Positions 28,032 to 37,569 are shown, numbered from the stretch's first letter. The stretch: DNA of 64,000 nt from an uncultured Bacteriovoracaceae bacterium (GCA_964618975.1 CAZUDI010000001.1:2234-66233); one strand, 5' to 3'. The notes: generated by a model from the letters alone, not told the origin. A program made the numbers and translations.

Positions 28032-28607
28032 CTAGTGCGCCAGGCACCGCCCGCAGCCGGAACACTCGGGGTGGGTCATGAGATCTCCGACCTTGAGACG
28101 CGTGAGGATCTCCGTCGGCGAGGCCGGCCCTGTCTCCATGAGGCGGGCCATGAGGGTGGAGACGCCCTCGCCGCTGATGGCCACCGTGGGCACCACGGGG
28201 ATACCGAGGATGTGCTCCAGTTTGCGGGCGTCGATGACCATGTTCTTGTCCTGGGCGATGTCCCACTGGTTGAGTGCCAGCACCATGGGAAAGCCCTGTT
28301 CCATGATCTCGAGCGCCAGGTAGAGGCCCCGCTCGAGCTTGGAGGCGTCGATGACGCAGATCACCCGCGCATCACGGTTTTCGCGCAGCATCTTCACCGC
28401 CACCTCTTCCGCCTTGTCCCGAGGCTCCAGCGAGAAGGTGCCCGGCACATCCACCAGCTGGATGTCCTGTCCGGACTGCCGCATATAGCCCTGAGTATAG
28501 TCCACGGTTGTCCCGGGATAGTTGGATGAGATGACATTGGCCCCGGTCAGCCGGTTGAAGATCACACTCTTGCCCACATTGGGGTGACCCATCAGCAGGA
28601 CCTTCAT
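28032..28607 (-). CDS. feoB: ferrous iron transporter FeoB, N-terminal GTPase (G-protein) domain encoded as separate gene
   Basis: It has G1 GHPNVGKS, G2 PGTT, G3 DVPG and NQWD motifs, and a C-terminal CSGCGRC motif. Confidence 0.8.
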   Translation of the reverse strand: MKVLLMGHPNVGKSVIFNRLTGANVISSNYPGTTVDYTQGYMRQSGQDIQLVDVPGTFSLEPRDKAEEVAVKMLRENRDARVICVIDASKLERGLYLALEIMEQGFPMVLALNQWDIAQDKNMVIDARKLEHILGIPVVPTVAISGEGVSTLMARLMETGPASPTEILTRLKVGDLMTHPECSGCGRCLAH

Positions 28608-28831
28608 TCGTCCACCTCCACACAGATCCTGTCGGCGATTCCGATCCCCAGCGAAACGCTGGCATGTTCCACCAGCACAACGACAGGGCCCCTGAGGGGT
28701 TCGCGGGTGATCATCCTGACCCGTTTGCCCACGCGTAGCCCAAGGGCGGCCAGCCGGGACCTGAGGTCTAAGGGGATATCCACCACCTCGCCCTCCTGCT
28801 CAAAGGCCATACGATCCAGGGGCTGCCGCAT
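28604..28831 (-). CDS. feoA: FeoA family protein
   Basis: The 75-aa SH3-like FeoA has a LRLAALGLRVGKRVRM pattern and is ATGA-coupled to feoB. Confidence 0.75.
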   Translation of the reverse strand: MRQPLDRMAFEQEGEVVDIPLDLRSRLAALGLRVGKRVRMITREPLRGPVVVLVEHASVSLGIGIADRICVEVDE

Positions 28832-28834
28832 CCC

Positions 28835-29059
28835 TCAACCCCTGACCGCGCTCACGCGGACCTTGGCCGCCATGCCCCTCCCGAGGGCAATGGTCGATCC
28901 GTTCAGCTCCAGGACCACCGGTCCGTTGCCGTTGCTTACGACCCTGAGCGTGCTGCCCTCGGATATGCCGCGCAGCATCAGGTTCTGCCGCAGCCCCTGT
29001 CCGCCCTCGATGGCCGTGATGCGTAGGCTCTGACCCTCCAGGCCCTCACTCAGTGTCAT
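28835..29059 (-). CDS. feoA: FeoA family protein (second copy)
   Basis: The internal start MTLSEGLEGQSLRITAI has a GAGGA SD, and the protein has the FeoA pattern. Confidence 0.65.
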   Translation of the reverse strand: MTLSEGLEGQSLRITAIEGGQGLRQNLMLRGISEGSTLRVVSNGNGPVVLELNGSTIALGRGMAAKVRVSAVRG

Positions 29060-29552
29060 ATGCATATTCCTCGCTTTCTGGTTGAGCTGCGTCCCGGGGG
29101 GGCTGCGATGTAGCAGTGAACCCCCTGGCAACGCAGTCCCGGCAGTATCCGCGCACGCCCAGACGGTGTTCTATGGCCACGAATCCGCTCTCAGCCGTGA
29201 TCTGTCGGATAAGCGCCTCCAGGCGCCCCTCGGCAAACTCGATCACCGCGCCACATGCGATACATACCATGTGATCGTGCCGGGAGCCTTCCTGCAGGCA
29301 TTCGTAGCTCACACGGCCCTGGCACCTGAGGGTCTCGGTAATGAGGCCCGCTTCCACCAGCAGCGGGATCACCCGGTAGATGGTTGCACGCGAGACCTTC
29401 TTGTTGTAGCGCTGGACGCGTTCGAAGAGTTGGTCGGCATCGAAGTGCCCCTCGGCCGCAAGCGCCTCGCCGAGCACCGCGAAACGCTCGGGGGTGAGCT
29501 TGAGCCCCTTACCCTTCAAAAACTCCTGAAACCTGGTTTTGCGCTCCTGCAT
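29046..29552 (-). CDS. fur: Fur-family transcriptional regulator
   Basis: The 168-aa protein has winged-helix YRVIPLL and HDHMVCIACGAVIEF / HRLGVRGYCRDC metal-site motifs. Confidence 0.8.
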   Translation of the reverse strand: MQERKTRFQEFLKGKGLKLTPERFAVLGEALAAEGHFDADQLFERVQRYNKKVSRATIYRVIPLLVEAGLITETLRCQGRVSYECLQEGSRHDHMVCIACGAVIEFAEGRLEALIRQITAESGFVAIEHRLGVRGYCRDCVARGFTATSQPPRDAAQPESEEYAYDTE

Positions 29553-29566
29553 CCCGCCTTCTTATT

Positions 29567-29585
29567 GAGATTGATTCTCAATCTC
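29567..29585. promoter_or_regulatory. Fur-box-like inverted repeat GAGATTGA-ttc-TCAATCTC upstream of fur-feo operon
   Basis: This is a perfect 8-bp inverted repeat 15-33 nt upstream of the fur start codon, with a GATTGATTCTCAATC core resembling Fur boxes. Confidence 0.5.
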
Positions 29586-29907
29586 ATCCGCTTCTATCCT
29601 ACTCGCTTGTCCCTGTCAACCGAAATCTCCTTCGACATACAGGGATTGTATCGGGGAGGCGGGCTCGGATGGACAGTTCCCGGCGGTGCCGTCAGGGCCT
29701 GATCGGTCTCCAGGACCGTTTCGTGGCATACAGCCAGCCGCTTGAAGGCAATCATTTTCCCTGCGGTTGGAAAACGGTTATCCCTTCAGCAGGTCTTCAC
29801 GACCATTCGTCCACATTTTACATGCTTTTTCAGCATATTGAAAACATTCTTTACGGGTATGCTTGTTGCATACTACCTCTTCGAGTATCTATCGAGCGGG
29901 AGGCCCC

Positions 29908-30303
29908 ATGGACAAACTGGTTGTACACTACCGCAAAGGCTACCTCACGAAAGGGCATGCCCTTGATTTCTCGGCCACCAAACCGAGCTTCCATTTCCTG
30001 CCCCTTAAGGGTGAACTCATCGAGGTCCACCTCAGCGAACTCAAGGCCGTCTTCTTCGTGCGGGACTTCAGAGGCGATCCATCCTGCCGGGAGTGCGCCG
30101 AATATCCGGCCGCCGCGCGAGCAGGCGAGGTGGCGGTCACCTTCAGCGATGGCGAGGTCATCCGGGGCGAGATCCCCGCTCCGCGTGCAAAAAAGCCCGG
30201 CTTCTTCCTCTTCCCCGCTGACCCTCGCAGCAACAACGTGGCCCTCTATGGGATCTATACCGCGGTACGTTCCATCGACCCCTTACGGCCCTCCCCGGTC
30301 TGA
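29908..30303 (+). CDS. hypothetical protein (131 aa), divergent from fur
   Basis: The start MDKLVVHYRKG has a GGGAGG SD. I recognise no family. Confidence 0.5.
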   Translation: MDKLVVHYRKGYLTKGHALDFSATKPSFHFLPLKGELIEVHLSELKAVFFVRDFRGDPSCRECAEYPAAARAGEVAVTFSDGEVIRGEIPAPRAKKPGFFLFPADPRSNNVALYGIYTAVRSIDPLRPSPV

Positions 30304-30389
30304 GACCACCGCATCCCCTGGGCCCCGAGCGTCACGGACAGGTAAGGGCACCGTTGCGTCCTGGTGCCCGCTCAGGGCAGCGAACAGCC

Positions 30390-30458
30390 TTAATCATGGG
30401 GATGAGAACCCCAGGGCAAGCCCTGTACCCTCCTTGACACCACCCGGGACGGGGCGTC
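30390..30458. repeat. MITE/REP-like repeat, copy E
   Basis: TTAATCATGGGGATGAGAACCCCAGGGCAAGCCCTG...CCTCCTTGACACCACCCGGGACGGGG is seen; the first 32 nt are the reverse complement of the end of copy I. Confidence 0.75.
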
Positions 30459-30487
30459 TATCCAGAGAGATTCAGCACAATCCGGAC

Positions 30488-31381
30488 TCAATGCGCATCG
30501 GGTGCAGAAGGCAACACCCGCACCCGGGACAGGGTACCGGCGTGCAGGACGACGAAGCTGCCCAGAGCCACACCGATCTCCCGGGATATCACCGGACACT
30601 TGGCTATGAGCAGGAAGAAGATGTCGCGGTCGGCCTGTGAGAGGGTCTCGAAATTGCCCTGCCCCTTCGAGATGACGAGATCCGCGCTGTGGTAGAGAGC
30701 GAGAAATTCCTCCGTACAGTGCTGTAGCGGCGTGCCTGGCGCGGGCGAGCCGCTGGAAATCACCCGACACAGGGTGTCCAGCCCGGCCTTATGGGCATCC
30801 GCAAGCGTGGCGTCATTGATCACCGGCTTGTCGCGTACGGCACAGATCACCTTCTCGGGCCCGATCACCTCGATAAAGATACGGTCGAGGACGATCTCGC
30901 CCGCATTGTCACAAAGGTACAGGACGCTGCGGGCCCGCTCGAGCCGCTCCCTTAAGGCATGGGTGTGATCGATGGACAGCTGCGCCTCAAGGGCCCTCCT
31001 GATCGTGGCCTCCACATCGAGACCGTCGCGCCCCCCGGCTCCGAAGTCGATGATGTTACCGGCCAGGGCGATGCGTAGGGCCGTATCAAAGGCATCCCCG
31101 GATTCCCGGGTGAGGGTCTTCAACTGCGGCAAGAACTGCACGGCCAGTTCGGTATAGTGGCGCTTGATCTCGGCATAGGGATCGAGGATCCCGCTGCGTT
31201 CACGGATCTGGGCATACATCTCCATGGCCATCAGCGGAGGGGCATGGCCGTAGTCGAAACGCGAGAGGTTCTCCAGCGTCTCCCGCACAAACCCCTCCTG
31301 TGCCTGGAGGGGAAGGTTCGATCTTGCGATATCCACGGCCTGTCGTACGAGACAGGCCACACATTCGAGACTGGTGTGCAC
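30488..31381 (-). CDS. DUF89 / ARMT1-like damage-control phosphatase family protein
   Basis: The 297-aa protein has an N-terminal CVACLVRQ motif and a pattern typical of DUF89 metal-dependent phosphatases. Confidence 0.65.
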   Translation of the reverse strand: MHTSLECVACLVRQAVDIARSNLPLQAQEGFVRETLENLSRFDYGHAPPLMAMEMYAQIRERSGILDPYAEIKRHYTELAVQFLPQLKTLTRESGDAFDTALRIALAGNIIDFGAGGRDGLDVEATIRRALEAQLSIDHTHALRERLERARSVLYLCDNAGEIVLDRIFIEVIGPEKVICAVRDKPVINDATLADAHKAGLDTLCRVISSGSPAPGTPLQHCTEEFLALYHSADLVISKGQGNFETLSQADRDIFFLLIAKCPVISREIGVALGSFVVLHAGTLSRVRVLPSAPDAH

Positions 31382-31383
31382 GC

Positions 31384-32247
31384 CTATAGGACCTTGAGCA
31401 CGTTTTCCACGATCATGTGAAAGGCCTTATTGGCAGCGGTGCGCTCGTCACCGGTGACAAAGGGCTTTCCGGCATCCGTCTGGAGAACGATATCCGCATC
31501 CAGGGGTACGGCACCGAGGAAGGGGACCTGCAACTCTAAGGCGGCCCTTTCCCCGCCGCCGATCTTGAAGAGATCGATCTTCTCTCCGCAATGGGGGCAG
31601 GCAAAACCGCTCATATTTTCGATGATTCCGAGCAGGTTCAACTCGAGGGCCTTGGCGAACTCCACACTCTTGCGCGAATCGAGCAGGGCCACATCCTGGG
31701 GTGTGGTAACCACGATGGCGTACGGGGCCTCGATGCCTTCGGCGCCCTTTATGATCTGGGCAATGGAGAGGGGCTCGTCGCCGGTTCCCGGAGGCAAATC
31801 CACCACCAGGTAATCCAGCTCGCCCCAGTTCACGTCCTTGATGAACTGGTTCATCACCGTGTGTTTCATGGGACCGCGCCAGATAACGGGCGTATCCTGG
31901 TTGTCCAGCAGGTAGCCCACCGAGATCACCTTGAGGTTTGCATGAGCCGCAACCGGTACGATGCTCCCCTCCTCGTCGGCGAAAAGCTTGCGGTTCTCCA
32001 CCCCGAGAATCTTGGGGATGTTCGGACCATGAATATCGCCGTCCAGGATGCCGACGCTGTAGCCCTCACGGGCAAGGCTCATGGCCAGATTGGCGGCCAC
32101 CGTGGATTTGCCCACCCCGCCCTTGCCGCTCATGACCATGATGGTGCGCTTGATGCGCTCCAGCCTCCGCCTTAGCTGCATTTCTTCCTTCTGCTTGCAC
32201 TGCGATTCGCAAGCCTCGCATGTTGTATTGCATGTCGGGTCAGCCAT
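31384..32247 (-). CDS. Mrp/NBP35/ApbC-family iron-sulfur cluster carrier ATPase
   Basis: It has a Walker A GKGGVGKST, a CPHCG motif and N-terminal extra cysteines (CNTTCEACESQC). Confidence 0.85.
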   Translation of the reverse strand: MADPTCNTTCEACESQCKQKEEMQLRRRLERIKRTIMVMSGKGGVGKSTVAANLAMSLAREGYSVGILDGDIHGPNIPKILGVENRKLFADEEGSIVPVAAHANLKVISVGYLLDNQDTPVIWRGPMKHTVMNQFIKDVNWGELDYLVVDLPPGTGDEPLSIAQIIKGAEGIEAPYAIVVTTPQDVALLDSRKSVEFAKALELNLLGIIENMSGFACPHCGEKIDLFKIGGGERAALELQVPFLGAVPLDADIVLQTDAGKPFVTGDERTAANKAFHMIVENVLKVL

Positions 32248-32507
32248 GAAAAACTCCTTAATGTCTGTGATCTACGCCTCAGTCTTGGCCATGAGAGGCC
32301 CCGTATGTCTGTGATCTGCTTCTTAGTCAGGGTGCCTAACACAGATTGGCACATAATTCAACTTACCTCCCCCGCAATCCACGAGACCACCGCAGAAAAT
32401 TTGCTCACAATTCCCGATCCGAGGAGACCCTGCCCCCCTGATTGACCTTGACAAACGCCAGCACACCCGTTAGTGAGTGAGTAATTACTCGCTAATGGGG
32501 CGCATGC

Positions 32508-33143
32508 ATGGCTAAGGCAACCTTTCACCGTATTTCGAAGGAAAAGCAGCGCAGAATCCTCGATGTCGCCGCCAGGGAATTCGCCACCCACGGCTTCCAC
32601 AAATCCAACATCAATACCATCGCCGAGAACGCGGGCATCTCCATTGGTGCCATGTACAAGTATTTCAGGAGCAAGGAAGAGCTCTTCAATGAGACTGTGG
32701 ACGACGGTATCCGCATGCTCGACGACTACTACACCGAGATCGTAAACCGCAGGGGCGACCCCCTGGAGAAGATCCGCAGTATCTTTACCGAGGTCATCTG
32801 TTCCATGGAGGATATGCACTTCTTTCCCCACCTCTATCTGGCGCTCATCTCTACCGGCATGGACGCCTTTGCCGATGAATACGCGGAGAAGATCGAGCAG
32901 GTGGGGAGACAGTACCTCACGCGCCTGATCCGGGAGGGCATCGAGGACGGCTACATCCGCAGGGACATCGACATCGAGATGGCCGTCTATTTCATCGACA
33001 ACCATCTCATGATGCTCCTTTTCGCGCGCGTTTCCCCCTTTCTGAAGATCCGCCAGCAGACCTTCCTGGGGGGAGAGACCGCCCCCGCACGCATCGTGGA
33101 AGAGACCGTGAACATCTGCCGCAGGATGTTCGTGCCCGATTGA
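32508..33143 (+). CDS. TetR/AcrR-family transcriptional regulator
   Basis: The 211-aa protein has an N-terminal HTH (RILDVAAREFATHGFHKSNINTIAENAGISIGAMYKYF). Confidence 0.8.
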   Translation: MAKATFHRISKEKQRRILDVAAREFATHGFHKSNINTIAENAGISIGAMYKYFRSKEELFNETVDDGIRMLDDYYTEIVNRRGDPLEKIRSIFTEVICSMEDMHFFPHLYLALISTGMDAFADEYAEKIEQVGRQYLTRLIREGIEDGYIRRDIDIEMAVYFIDNHLMMLLFARVSPFLKIRQQTFLGGETAPARIVEETVNICRRMFVPD

Positions 33144-33189
33144 GGCTGTACCCCCGCAAGGGGAGACCATAGTGGAGGAGGTTTGATCT

Positions 33190-34038
33190 ATGCCGCTTAC
33201 GCCTGAAGAAAACAGGGAGTTGATTGGCAAGGCGTGTGAGATCCGCAAGGAAATCGTCACGATCGCCTTTACCGCGGGTGGCGGGCACGTGGGGGGCTCG
33301 CTCTCCCAGACGGATGTCCTGGTGGCGCTGTACTACCGCTTTATGAACATCGATCCCACGCGCCCTGACTGGGAGGACCGCGACCGTTTCATCCTCTCCA
33401 AGGGCCACGGGGGGCTCGGATGGGCCGCCGTCCTGGGAGACAAGGGCTATTTCGACAAGAAGCTCCTGAAAAATTTCAACAAGACCGGCTCGCCCTTCGG
33501 CATGCACCTCGACAGCCTCAAGGTGCCCGGCTGCGACGCCTCCACCGGATCGCTGGGGCACGGCTTGGCGATCGCGGTGGGCATGGCCAAGGGCGCCCGG
33601 CTGCTAGGCAAGTCGTACCGCACCTATGTCATGATGGGCGACGGTGAGCTGTGTGAGGGCTCGGTGTGGGAGGCCGCTATCCTGGCCGGTCACCACAAGC
33701 TGGACAACCTCATCGCCTTTATCGACCGCAACCAGCTCATGATCGACGGCCCCACCGAGGAGATCACCACCCTCGAGCCACTGGTCGACAAATTCGTGGC
33801 CTTTGGCTGGGACACCCAGAGGATCGACGGCCACGACTTCGAACAGATCGTGGCCGCTATCGAAAAGGCCCACTCTGTCAAGGACAAGCCCTCGATAATC
33901 ATCTGCGACACGATCAAGGGTAAGGGGGTCTGCCAGTTCGAGGGCAACGCCCAGTGGCACTACGGGGGCATCGATTCCGACATCCGGGATCAGGCCTTCT
34001 CAGACATCGACAAGCTCCGCAAAGAGCTCTGCGGATAA
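33190..34038 (+). CDS. transketolase, N-terminal (TPP-binding) subunit of split transketolase
   Basis: The 282-aa protein has GGHVGGSLS and GDGELCEGSVWEA TPP motifs. Confidence 0.85.
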   Translation: MPLTPEENRELIGKACEIRKEIVTIAFTAGGGHVGGSLSQTDVLVALYYRFMNIDPTRPDWEDRDRFILSKGHGGLGWAAVLGDKGYFDKKLLKNFNKTGSPFGMHLDSLKVPGCDASTGSLGHGLAIAVGMAKGARLLGKSYRTYVMMGDGELCEGSVWEAAILAGHHKLDNLIAFIDRNQLMIDGPTEEITTLEPLVDKFVAFGWDTQRIDGHDFEQIVAAIEKAHSVKDKPSIIICDTIKGKGVCQFEGNAQWHYGGIDSDIRDQAFSDIDKLRKELCG

Positions 34039-34050
34039 AGGAGGCGCAAG

Positions 34051-35058
34051 ATGGCTGAAGGTATGACATGGTCGGTTACCGACGGTGACAAGCTGACCCA
34101 GGCGGAAATCTATGGCGAGGTCCTCTCGCAGATGGGCGAGAAATACCCCAACCTCGTCGCCATGACGGCCGACCTGGCCAAATCCACCAAGATCGGCCGG
34201 TTTGAAAAGAGGTATCCCGAGCGCTTCATCAATGTCGGCATCGCCGAGAACTCCCTCTTCGGCATGGCGGCAGGACTCGCCCAGTCGGGGCTCCTGCCGG
34301 TGGTCTCCACCTTTGCCGTGTTCGCTTCTCTTCGGTGCGCCGAACAGGTGCGCACCGACATCTGCTACCAGAACCTGAACGTGAAGATCATCGCCACCCA
34401 CGCCGGCATCTCGTTCGGCCAGGCCGGCTCCACCCATCACTGCACCGAGGACATCGCCGTGATGCGCTCTTTCGCCAACATGACCGTCATCGTGCCCGCC
34501 GACGGCATCGAGACCGGCAACGCCGTGAGCCAGGCCCTGGAATGGCCCGGCCCGGTCTATATCCGTATCGGCCGTGGTTTCGAGCCCCACGTGCACACCA
34601 CGCAGGACTATGGCTTCACCATCGGCAAGGCCGTGACCCTCAAAGACGGCCACGACGTCACCCTCATCGCCTGTGGCGTGGGTGTGCTCCAGGCCATGCG
34701 CGCCGCCGCGGTGCTTGGGGCCCAGGGCCTCTCCGTACGCGTCATCGATATGCACACCATCAAGCCCATCGACGCCGACATCATCATCAAGGCCGTGCGC
34801 GAGACGCGCCGTATCGTGACCATCGAGGAACACAACATCTTCGGGGGCCTGGGCTCGGCCGTGGCCGACGTGATTACCGCCAGCGGCAAGGCCTGCGCCT
34901 TCCGCAAACTCGGTGTGCCGGACGCATTCTCGATCGTGGGCTATCCCGAGGACCTCTACCACCACTACGGCTTCGATGCCGACGGCATCGTCGAGGCCGT
35001 GGGCGCGCTCATGAAGATGGAGATCGAAGAGGACGAAGACTGGGAAGACGAGGTGTAG
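34051..35058 (+). CDS. transketolase, C-terminal (pyrimidine-binding + C-terminal domain) subunit
   Basis: The 335-aa protein shows a typical split-TK C subunit pattern (FINVGIAENSLFGMAAGLA...). Confidence 0.85.
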   Translation: MAEGMTWSVTDGDKLTQAEIYGEVLSQMGEKYPNLVAMTADLAKSTKIGRFEKRYPERFINVGIAENSLFGMAAGLAQSGLLPVVSTFAVFASLRCAEQVRTDICYQNLNVKIIATHAGISFGQAGSTHHCTEDIAVMRSFANMTVIVPADGIETGNAVSQALEWPGPVYIRIGRGFEPHVHTTQDYGFTIGKAVTLKDGHDVTLIACGVGVLQAMRAAAVLGAQGLSVRVIDMHTIKPIDADIIIKAVRETRRIVTIEEHNIFGGLGSAVADVITASGKACAFRKLGVPDAFSIVGYPEDLYHHYGFDADGIVEAVGALMKMEIEEDEDWEDEV

Positions 35059-35061
35059 GCC

Positions 35062-35844
35062 ATGGCTGACACGGTTAAGCTTACCAACCGGATAATCCTG
35101 CGGTCGATCTTTCCGCTCTTCAAGGTCATCTACGAGGCCGACTGCAGTAAGGCCAAGGACATCTTGGGGCGCTTCGACGGTGTGATCCAGTTTGCCGTCC
35201 ACCATAGTGACACCGGCGCCTACCTCGAGTTCAAAGACGGGGGGCTCGAGGTGCTCCAGGGCATCCACCCGCGGCCGGATATCTATATCGGCTTTCGCGA
35301 CATGGCCGCCATGAACGCCATGTTCACCGGCGGCAAGCCCTCCGAGATCGGCCTGCCCCGCCTCAGGGGCCTCTGGCGCCTGGGGCTGCTCGTGCGCCTG
35401 GGCCTGCTCTTCCCGGGCCTGCTGATGCTCATGCCCGACAACCACCCCAGTGACCCCTCCAAGCGTGCCCTCAAGGTGCGTATGACCATGTACATGGTCA
35501 CCAACGCGCTCAGCCAGCTCAACAAGGGCGGCGACGAGGACATGCAGACCTGGACGGCCAAACAGCCCGACCGCATCTACCAGCTCTCGGTGGACCCCGA
35601 CGGCGACGCGGCCTACCTGCGCGTCAAGGCCGGCAAGACCAAGGCCGGCCGGGGGCGCTACGCCCGCAAGGCCCCCTTCATTCACATGCGCTTCAATTCG
35701 CTGGATTCAGCCTATGCCGTGCTCTGTGAAGGCAAGGACACCCTCACGGCCATCTCCGATGGCGACCTCAATCTCGAGGGTTCCCCGGAGTACGGCGGCG
35801 CCTTCGGCGGCTTCATGCTCAAGATCCAGGACCTCGTTACCTGA
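35062..35844 (+). CDS. hypothetical protein co-transcribed with split transketolase (260 aa)
   Basis: It starts 4 nt after the TK-C stop and is followed by a rho-independent terminator. I recognise no family. Confidence 0.5.
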   Translation: MADTVKLTNRIILRSIFPLFKVIYEADCSKAKDILGRFDGVIQFAVHHSDTGAYLEFKDGGLEVLQGIHPRPDIYIGFRDMAAMNAMFTGGKPSEIGLPRLRGLWRLGLLVRLGLLFPGLLMLMPDNHPSDPSKRALKVRMTMYMVTNALSQLNKGGDEDMQTWTAKQPDRIYQLSVDPDGDAAYLRVKAGKTKAGRGRYARKAPFIHMRFNSLDSAYAVLCEGKDTLTAISDGDLNLEGSPEYGGAFGGFMLKIQDLVT

Positions 35845-35849
35845 ATCCC

Positions 35850-35888
35850 AGCCGGGCCCCCTGTTCCCTGAAGGGGGCCCGGCTTTTA
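35850..35888 (+). terminator. rho-independent terminator (AGCCGGGCCCCCT..AGGGGGCCCGGCT + TTTT)
   Basis: A GC-rich hairpin followed by a T-run lies immediately after the stop at 35844. Confidence 0.7.
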
Positions 35889-35906
35889 AGAGAAAAGAAC
35901 AAACCT

Positions 35907-35957
35907 GACCGACCTCCCCATCCCCCTCATGGAAGGCGGGGGATGGGGAGGTCGGTC
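35907..35957. terminator. long perfect 20-bp stem hairpin (GACCGACCTCCCCATCCCCC/GGGGGATGGGGAGGTCGGTC), probable terminator for convergent minus-strand gene
   Basis: This is a perfect 20-bp inverted repeat with an 11-nt loop. The minus-strand gene ends at 36101. Confidence 0.5.
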
Positions 35958-36100
35958 TTCAGCTCCCGGGCTGGGCACATGAAACAATCCCTTGAGCTTG
36001 ACTATCCTCGACTTAAGCGTCGGGGAGTTATGGTGATTGAATTCGACACCGGTGCGCAGGGTCGTGCGGTGCCTGCCCGGGATGGCGGCCGAGAAGCCGG

Positions 36101-37564
36101 CTAGTCCCAGACCACCTTGGATTCCGGTTGGATCCTGCCGAGGGCGCGGTAGGCGTACTCCCTGACATACCAGCAGTCATCGTCGTGCACGACACCTGTG
36201 AGGGCAGCCAGGGCCTCACCTCCCCCGATCCTACCCAGTGCCCAGCAGGCCTTGGTGCGCACATTCATGTTCGCATCCTCGAGGGCGTCCAGCAGAAGGG
36301 GCACCAGTGAGGCCTCTCCCCGCTGGCCGGCCACGATCAGGGCATTCAGACGCACCCGCGGGCTCTGATCCCGGGCATAGCGCTCCAGTTCGCGTGCGCT
36401 GAGCTCGTCGGGGGCGCTCAGGAGGGTCACGTAGCGTTGGGCCTCGTGTTCGGAAAGCACGTAGGCGTGGACCTTCTCCGGATGTGTCTGAAGTTGGTGT
36501 ATGAGGAAGACCTGGTAGCCGGCGGGCAGCCAGCCCGCAAGATAGATACCCAGCAGGAGTGTTGTCAGGGTCAGGCCTCTCCCGGCCAGCGCAAATCCGA
36601 GCCAGACAAGCGCCAGCAGGCCTACCAGCGGCAGGGCCTTGAGCGCGGTGCCGATACCGCGTCGCATCGGGCGGTTGCGGTCGAAGAGCCGAGATCCCGC
36701 GGTGATGATGCGATTCTGGGCATTCAGCGGCGAGGCATCCTCCACGCGCAGGGCCGTGCATGGCAGGTCCTGTGTGCCGGCCACCAGGCTGCTGCTGCCT
36801 GCAAGCCTGCAGGGGTCAACGCTGCGGATCCACAGCGTCCCGTGTGGCCGCGGACCGATCCTGGCCCGGCTGTGCGCCAGGGCGATCACGTTCTGCGAGC
36901 GCTGGGCAAGGGGCTTGATCACATCGGCCGCGATCAGGGTGTGCTGATAGTAGAAGGTGCTCACCTCTCTCAAACCGGGCAGCATCAGCATGCCATCCCG
37001 GATCTGGATAAAGGAGGAGGAAGAAAGCGTGAGCACCGGCAGCACGAGCACGAGCACGCAGAAACCCCATCTCTTCAGGGAGGGGCAGACCCTCTCGCGG
37101 CGCCGGCGCATCACCCCGGCAAAGGGGAGGAAAAAGGCACCCGGGGTCAGGGCGGCACAGCTTAACGCCAGAGCTGGCATCTCGCGGCTGTAGCACAGAC
37201 ACAGGCACACCGCGCCGTAGGGGACCAGCCAGATAAGATCCCCGCGCCTGAAGCGCCCCCTGAACCAGGGCCTCAGTGCGAGCAGGGACCCCATAAGGGC
37301 GAACAGGACTCCCAGGGTGCAGCCGAACAAGAGTGCGTTACCCAGTTGGTGGCGCGCGGCGGTGAGGTAGGCGTCATCGGGCCGGATCACCGTGGTCATG
37401 CCGTGGGCGGCGAAAAGCTGCATCTCCTGCTGAAGCTTGAGGGCATGGCTGCGCACGAAAAGGTAGCCATAGAGGCTCAAGAGGCTGGTGGTGCCGACCA
37501 TACCCAGGGTGCAGGCCTGAAAGAACCGCGACACGTCACGGGAGGCATCAGGGGCAGGCGGCAT
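36101..37564 (-). CDS. polytopic membrane protein with C-terminal HEAT/PBS-lyase repeats
   Basis: The 487-aa protein has about 8 TM segments, then LLDALEDANMNVRTKACWALGRIG and VVHDDDCWYVREYAYRALGRI HEAT-like repeats. Confidence 0.6.
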   Translation of the reverse strand: MPPAPDASRDVSRFFQACTLGMVGTTSLLSLYGYLFVRSHALKLQQEMQLFAAHGMTTVIRPDDAYLTAARHQLGNALLFGCTLGVLFALMGSLLALRPWFRGRFRRGDLIWLVPYGAVCLCLCYSREMPALALSCAALTPGAFFLPFAGVMRRRRERVCPSLKRWGFCVLVLVLPVLTLSSSSFIQIRDGMLMLPGLREVSTFYYQHTLIAADVIKPLAQRSQNVIALAHSRARIGPRPHGTLWIRSVDPCRLAGSSSLVAGTQDLPCTALRVEDASPLNAQNRIITAGSRLFDRNRPMRRGIGTALKALPLVGLLALVWLGFALAGRGLTLTTLLLGIYLAGWLPAGYQVFLIHQLQTHPEKVHAYVLSEHEAQRYVTLLSAPDELSARELERYARDQSPRVRLNALIVAGQRGEASLVPLLLDALEDANMNVRTKACWALGRIGGGEALAALTGVVHDDDCWYVREYAYRALGRIQPESKVVWD

Positions 37565-37569
37565 GGAGG

